Source of the DNA: an uncultured delta proteobacterium
GTDB taxonomy: Bacteria; Desulfobacterota; Desulfomonilia; Desulfomonilales; Desulfomonilaceae
DNA: 64,000 bases
Assembly: GCA_963789265.1 (NCBI GenBank)
Contig: CAWBKB010000001.1
Coordinates: forward strand, 704,001 to 768,000
Direction: 5' to 3'
Shown here: one piece after another, positions 61,601 through 64,000 of the stretch
Layout: every line of letters begins with the position of its first letter
How positions within the stretch are numbered: the stretch's first letter is position 1
Notes under the pieces: model-generated
What the model was told of the DNA's origin: nothing
What the model saw: only the letters and a program-made list of their open reading frames with translations
Database searches by the model: none
Translations under genes and position numbers: made by a program

Positions 61601-61845
61601 GAAGTCACGAGTTCCAGCCCGGGAATCTGCATGAACTGCCGCTCCAGGGGAGTAGCGATATTGTTGGCCATTGTGTCGGGACTCGCTCCCGGGTAGTCCA
61701 CGTCGACCTGGATGACCGGATAATCCACCACCGGCAACACGTCTACCGGTAATCGCACATAGCTCAACACACCGAACAGGATCACTGAAACCGTCAAGAC
61801 CACGGTCATCACCGGGCGGCGGATGAAAGGTTCCGAAATGGTCAT
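58657..61845 (-). CDS. RND efflux permease (MdtB/MdtC-like)
   Basis: FIRRPV, PGASP, GFLVDDAIV..EN, GIVKKNGIMIVDFA, RFRPIMMTT. Confidence 0.95.
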   Translation of the reverse strand: MTISEPFIRRPVMTVVLTVSVILFGVLSYVRLPVDVLPVVDYPVIQVDVDYPGASPDTMANNIATPLERQFMQIPGLELVTSKSTQGHTTLTLQFVLEKSIDAAATDVQSAITQASGSLPVDLPSPPTYSKTNPNDQPILYIALTSDSVTRGKIYDYANTQVGERISILPGVSRVNVYGTKSAIRIKADPSRMWARGITMDDLAAAIKNGTSYLGAGQFDSASGTALLNPQGQLENAKAYGNLIVATKNGAPVYLRDVAKVVDSVQDERINMRFWLRGYSVPSATVVVAVFRQAGSNAVAVAKSVRDLLPGISAELPPSVRLTTIYDRSQTIVNSVDDVQLTLVIAFTLVVIVIFLFLGRATDTLIPVVALPLSLLLTFVAMWVLGYSLDNLSLMALTLAIGFLVDDAIVFLENTVRRMEHGEKALQAAINSALEISFTILSMTISLAAVFIPLVFMSGLMGRIFREFAITIVVAIFASGIVSLTLTPLMCARLLGDRGPGSKQTWMERVIGGAERRVLAAYGASLWWFLRRRWISALLWIVCLVGTVGLFMLIPKTFLPVGDSSFIWGVMIAREGSSPEQMRGLQDKADELIRQDPGVKATFTMTGNSSFLSSNQGLLLCFLKPPGERAPIQNVSGRLMGRLAAIPGLFPFLRPFPVLEISTGATNRNQGQYAFSISGVNPKQVYAVSEKLMGKLRGYPGFATVSSDYFHNTPNLNIEIRRDQAKIYGVSETRILTLLKNAYAQNYLYLIKKPEDQYQVILEAADAERSKPQDLSLLYIKSDDGRNLVPLDALVTWKTTLGPQSVNHLNQFPSVTFYFNLKPGVAMGDATDFIKRAAEEVVPSTMRANLQGEALTFQEAVSDLTILMALAVFVMYVILAILYESYVHPLTVLSTLPTAMVGGLLTLLLFREQASLYAFVGLFMLMGIVKKNGIMIVDFARQRVEAGESAEQAIHDASMDRFRPIMMTTMAAVIGALPIAVGFGADAASRRPLGLVVVGGLVVSQFITLYITPVIYLYLEEFQEKVLNRTSFFHSGHLPAPSSGGVVVVAPRRARERKSDTA

Positions 61846-62987
61846 GACTTCTTCTCCCCGTTAGCCTCGGAGGGCTTTCCCTTGGAGTGGGGCTTCACCA
61901 CAGCAACCTTGCCTCCAGGCATCACTGCCAGTTGACCTGTGGTGATCACTCGTTCGCCCGGTTTGACCCCTTGGGCGATTACGACTAATTCATCATGCCG
62001 CTGACCCAGCTTCACCGGCCGCAGCTCCGCGGTCGAATCCTCTTTGACTACGTACACGAAAGGCCCCTTTGCAGACATCTGAGGCGCTGATGCCGGGACG
62101 ACAACAGCGTTTGGCAACATGCGCAAGATGAGGCGTACCTTGATGAACCGGCCCGGCCAGAAGTGATGATCTTTATTGGGAATTGTAACGCGAAGCTTGA
62201 CCGTTGCGGTACTCTCCTGAACGGAATTATCCAGGAAGGTGAGTTTTCCTACTCGTGGTTTGTCGGAATTGCCCGGCAGTCGCACTTGGGCCCTGAGTGT
62301 ACCGCGCTCCATATTCCGCTGTACGGCTGTAAGGTCGTTCTCGGGGATGGTAAAATCAGCATAAATTGGATCCAGTCGCTCGATGACGAGGAGTGAGCCG
62401 GTGTTTGCCGCCACCACGTTGCCTACGTCTACAAGCCGCTGCCCCACGCGGCCATTTATGGGCGAGTGGATGAAGCAGTATTCAAGATTCAGGCGAGCGG
62501 TTTCGACCTGAGCTTGGCTCTCTTCGACTTGGGCTTTATCTATTTCCAGAGTATTCTTCTTCTGGTCGTAGTCCGACTGGGAGACGGATTTTGTCTTAAG
62601 AAGTCCGGCATAGCGGCCAAAATCTATCTTGGCAAGTTCCGATGCTGCCTTCTTCTCAGCCAGAGTGGCCTCGGCCAGGTGGAGTTGCGCCTGGTACGGC
62701 CGTGGGTCGATGGTGAAGAGCAGGTCCCCGGCCTTCAAGTCAGCTCCGTCGGTGAAATGAATCTTGGTGATGCGGCCCGACACCTGCGGTTGGACGGAGA
62801 CCACTTCTCTCGCGACGGTCTTGCCTACGCCGTCAAGATAAACAGGCACGTCCTGCGCAACGGCGGCAGCAACCGATACCGGTGCCGGCGGACGCTGGAA
62901 CGCGGACTGGGCATTCTTTTCACATCCTGCGAAGACGAGGGCCAAGAGACAGGCCACCCCAAGCGCTATTACAGATCGTGTCTGCAT
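61842..62987 (-). CDS. RND periplasmic adaptor (MdtA-like lipoprotein)
   Basis: Lipobox FAGC; V.PQVSG, IDPRPY, SPINGRVG, WPGRF. Confidence 0.95.
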   Translation of the reverse strand: MQTRSVIALGVACLLALVFAGCEKNAQSAFQRPPAPVSVAAAVAQDVPVYLDGVGKTVAREVVSVQPQVSGRITKIHFTDGADLKAGDLLFTIDPRPYQAQLHLAEATLAEKKAASELAKIDFGRYAGLLKTKSVSQSDYDQKKNTLEIDKAQVEESQAQVETARLNLEYCFIHSPINGRVGQRLVDVGNVVAANTGSLLVIERLDPIYADFTIPENDLTAVQRNMERGTLRAQVRLPGNSDKPRVGKLTFLDNSVQESTATVKLRVTIPNKDHHFWPGRFIKVRLILRMLPNAVVVPASAPQMSAKGPFVYVVKEDSTAELRPVKLGQRHDELVVIAQGVKPGERVITTGQLAVMPGGKVAVVKPHSKGKPSEANGEKKS

Positions 62988-63110
62988 GTGATCAATCTCC
63001 GTTATTCGTGTAAAAATCCCTCACTCTGACGTGGGTTCATCTTTAGTAATAACACTCCGGCCATTAGGATCAACATTTAGTCACCCACTTCCGGAACTAT
63101 CCGGCCCGGG

Positions 63111-63812
63111 CTACGACCGGCCTAGCCTCGTGGGCTTCCCGGACCTCTGCCTCGCCGTTTCAGGAGCTCGAATGCCGGACCACAAAACGTTGGCCATTTC
63201 CTTCAAACAATCAGGCAAGGGCTTTGAAGGGTTTAGCGCCCACAGGACAGTGGTGCCGATGAGCGCTTGTTGAAATTGAAGCGCCAAATCAATGGGTTTC
63301 ATATCGTCACGTATCTCACCTTGTTGCTGTCTCACTGCCATTAATTCTGCGAGCACCAGTCGATCAGCTTCAAGATCGTCCGCCATCTGTTCACGCATAG
63401 ACTCGCTGGAAAACAATGGCACAAGAATGCTCCGCACTAAGGCAGGAGAGTCGGCAAATTCCTTATTCAGCGTCAAAACGAGCTTTGAAATCACTCGATC
63501 CATTGGCTCAGCAGAATGAAGGGCTCGTGAAAGCATTCCTCGGAATTTCCCTCTCTTTAATTGGCGAACATGGATAAGGATATGTTCCTTGCTGGGGAAA
63601 TAGTTGAAGAAAGTGCCTTTGCCCACATCAGCAGCGTTGGTGATATCTTCGACAGTAGTTTCTGCAAACCCACGTTCGGAAAAGAGATGCAAGGCGTGCT
63701 CAATGAGGCGCTCGCGTGTTTCAACGCATCGCCGCTCGCGCCTGCTGAGTCGTTTTTCACATGATTGAGGACCGGATATTTCCGGCGTTACAGAATCGCT
63801 CATTTCCGTCAC
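63111..63812 (-). CDS. TetR/AcrR-family transcriptional regulator
   Basis: A..LFSERGFAETTVEDI..AADVGKGTFFNYFPSKE. Confidence 0.95.
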   Translation of the reverse strand: MTEMSDSVTPEISGPQSCEKRLSRRERRCVETRERLIEHALHLFSERGFAETTVEDITNAADVGKGTFFNYFPSKEHILIHVRQLKRGKFRGMLSRALHSAEPMDRVISKLVLTLNKEFADSPALVRSILVPLFSSESMREQMADDLEADRLVLAELMAVRQQQGEIRDDMKPIDLALQFQQALIGTTVLWALNPSKPLPDCLKEMANVLWSGIRAPETARQRSGKPTRLGRS

Positions 63813-63816
63813 CAGT

Positions 63817-63865
63817 CAGACCTTCAGTCTGTTCTGACTATAAGTCAGGTATGAGGAATAGTCAA
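63817..63865 (-). promoter_or_regulatory. tetR promoter with two tandem palindromic operators
   Basis: TTGACT-17-TATAGT (63865-63837); palindromes CTGACT-ATA-AGTCAG (63834-63848) and CAGAC-CTTCA-GTCTG (63817-63831). Confidence 0.65.
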
Positions 63866-63880
63866 ATCGCGGCGGGATAC

Positions 63881-64000
63881 TAATACCGATTCGCTTTCAA
63901 ACAAGTGACATCGTGTTTCCGGTAGGGGCGGCTTTCAAACCCGCTCTTACATGTCGTCATGCCCGTGTACGCGGGCATCTGTAGGGGCGAATGGCATTCG
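63881..64000 (+). mobile_element. TAATACCGATTCGC-family MITE (cut by window edge)
   Basis: taataccgattcgctttcaaacaagtgacatcgtgttt is identical to the start of the 54119 copy; followed by GTAGGGGCG REPs. Confidence 0.75.

Overview
This 64-kb window looks like the chromosome of an anaerobic deltaproteobacterium (Desulfobacterota; Desulfomonile-like is my inference from gene content and style). Housekeeping blocks are korDABC, hemB-ahbD, murJ/rpsT, argBDFGH-lipoprotein-lysA-dapA-dapB-FAH-folK, slt and pgsA. The window also has signalling genes, two CHAT-family genes, a fused IorA/IorB-type molybdoenzyme and a TetR-RND efflux locus. The best find is missed by the ORF track. Two short minus-strand ORFs (6960-7235 and 6528-6758) join into one 235-codon MerB (organomercurial lyase)-like frame. 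It has two in-frame UGA codons where MerB has its two catalytic cysteines, and each is followed 11-12 nt later by a SECIS-like hairpin, so it is a probable double-selenocysteine MerB-like enzyme. Also notable: (i) an integrase-less 1.8-kb islet in tRNA-Ser(TGA), bounded by a 73-bp duplication and carrying a TIGR04255/HicB-like/HicA-like triplet, beside a DUF6602 nuclease-like gene; (ii) several families of nested MITEs and palindromic repeats, two with 11-bp target duplications. About ten genes carry single-base frameshifts that are most likely sequencing or assembly errors. All family assignments come from motifs recognised by eye; no searches were run.
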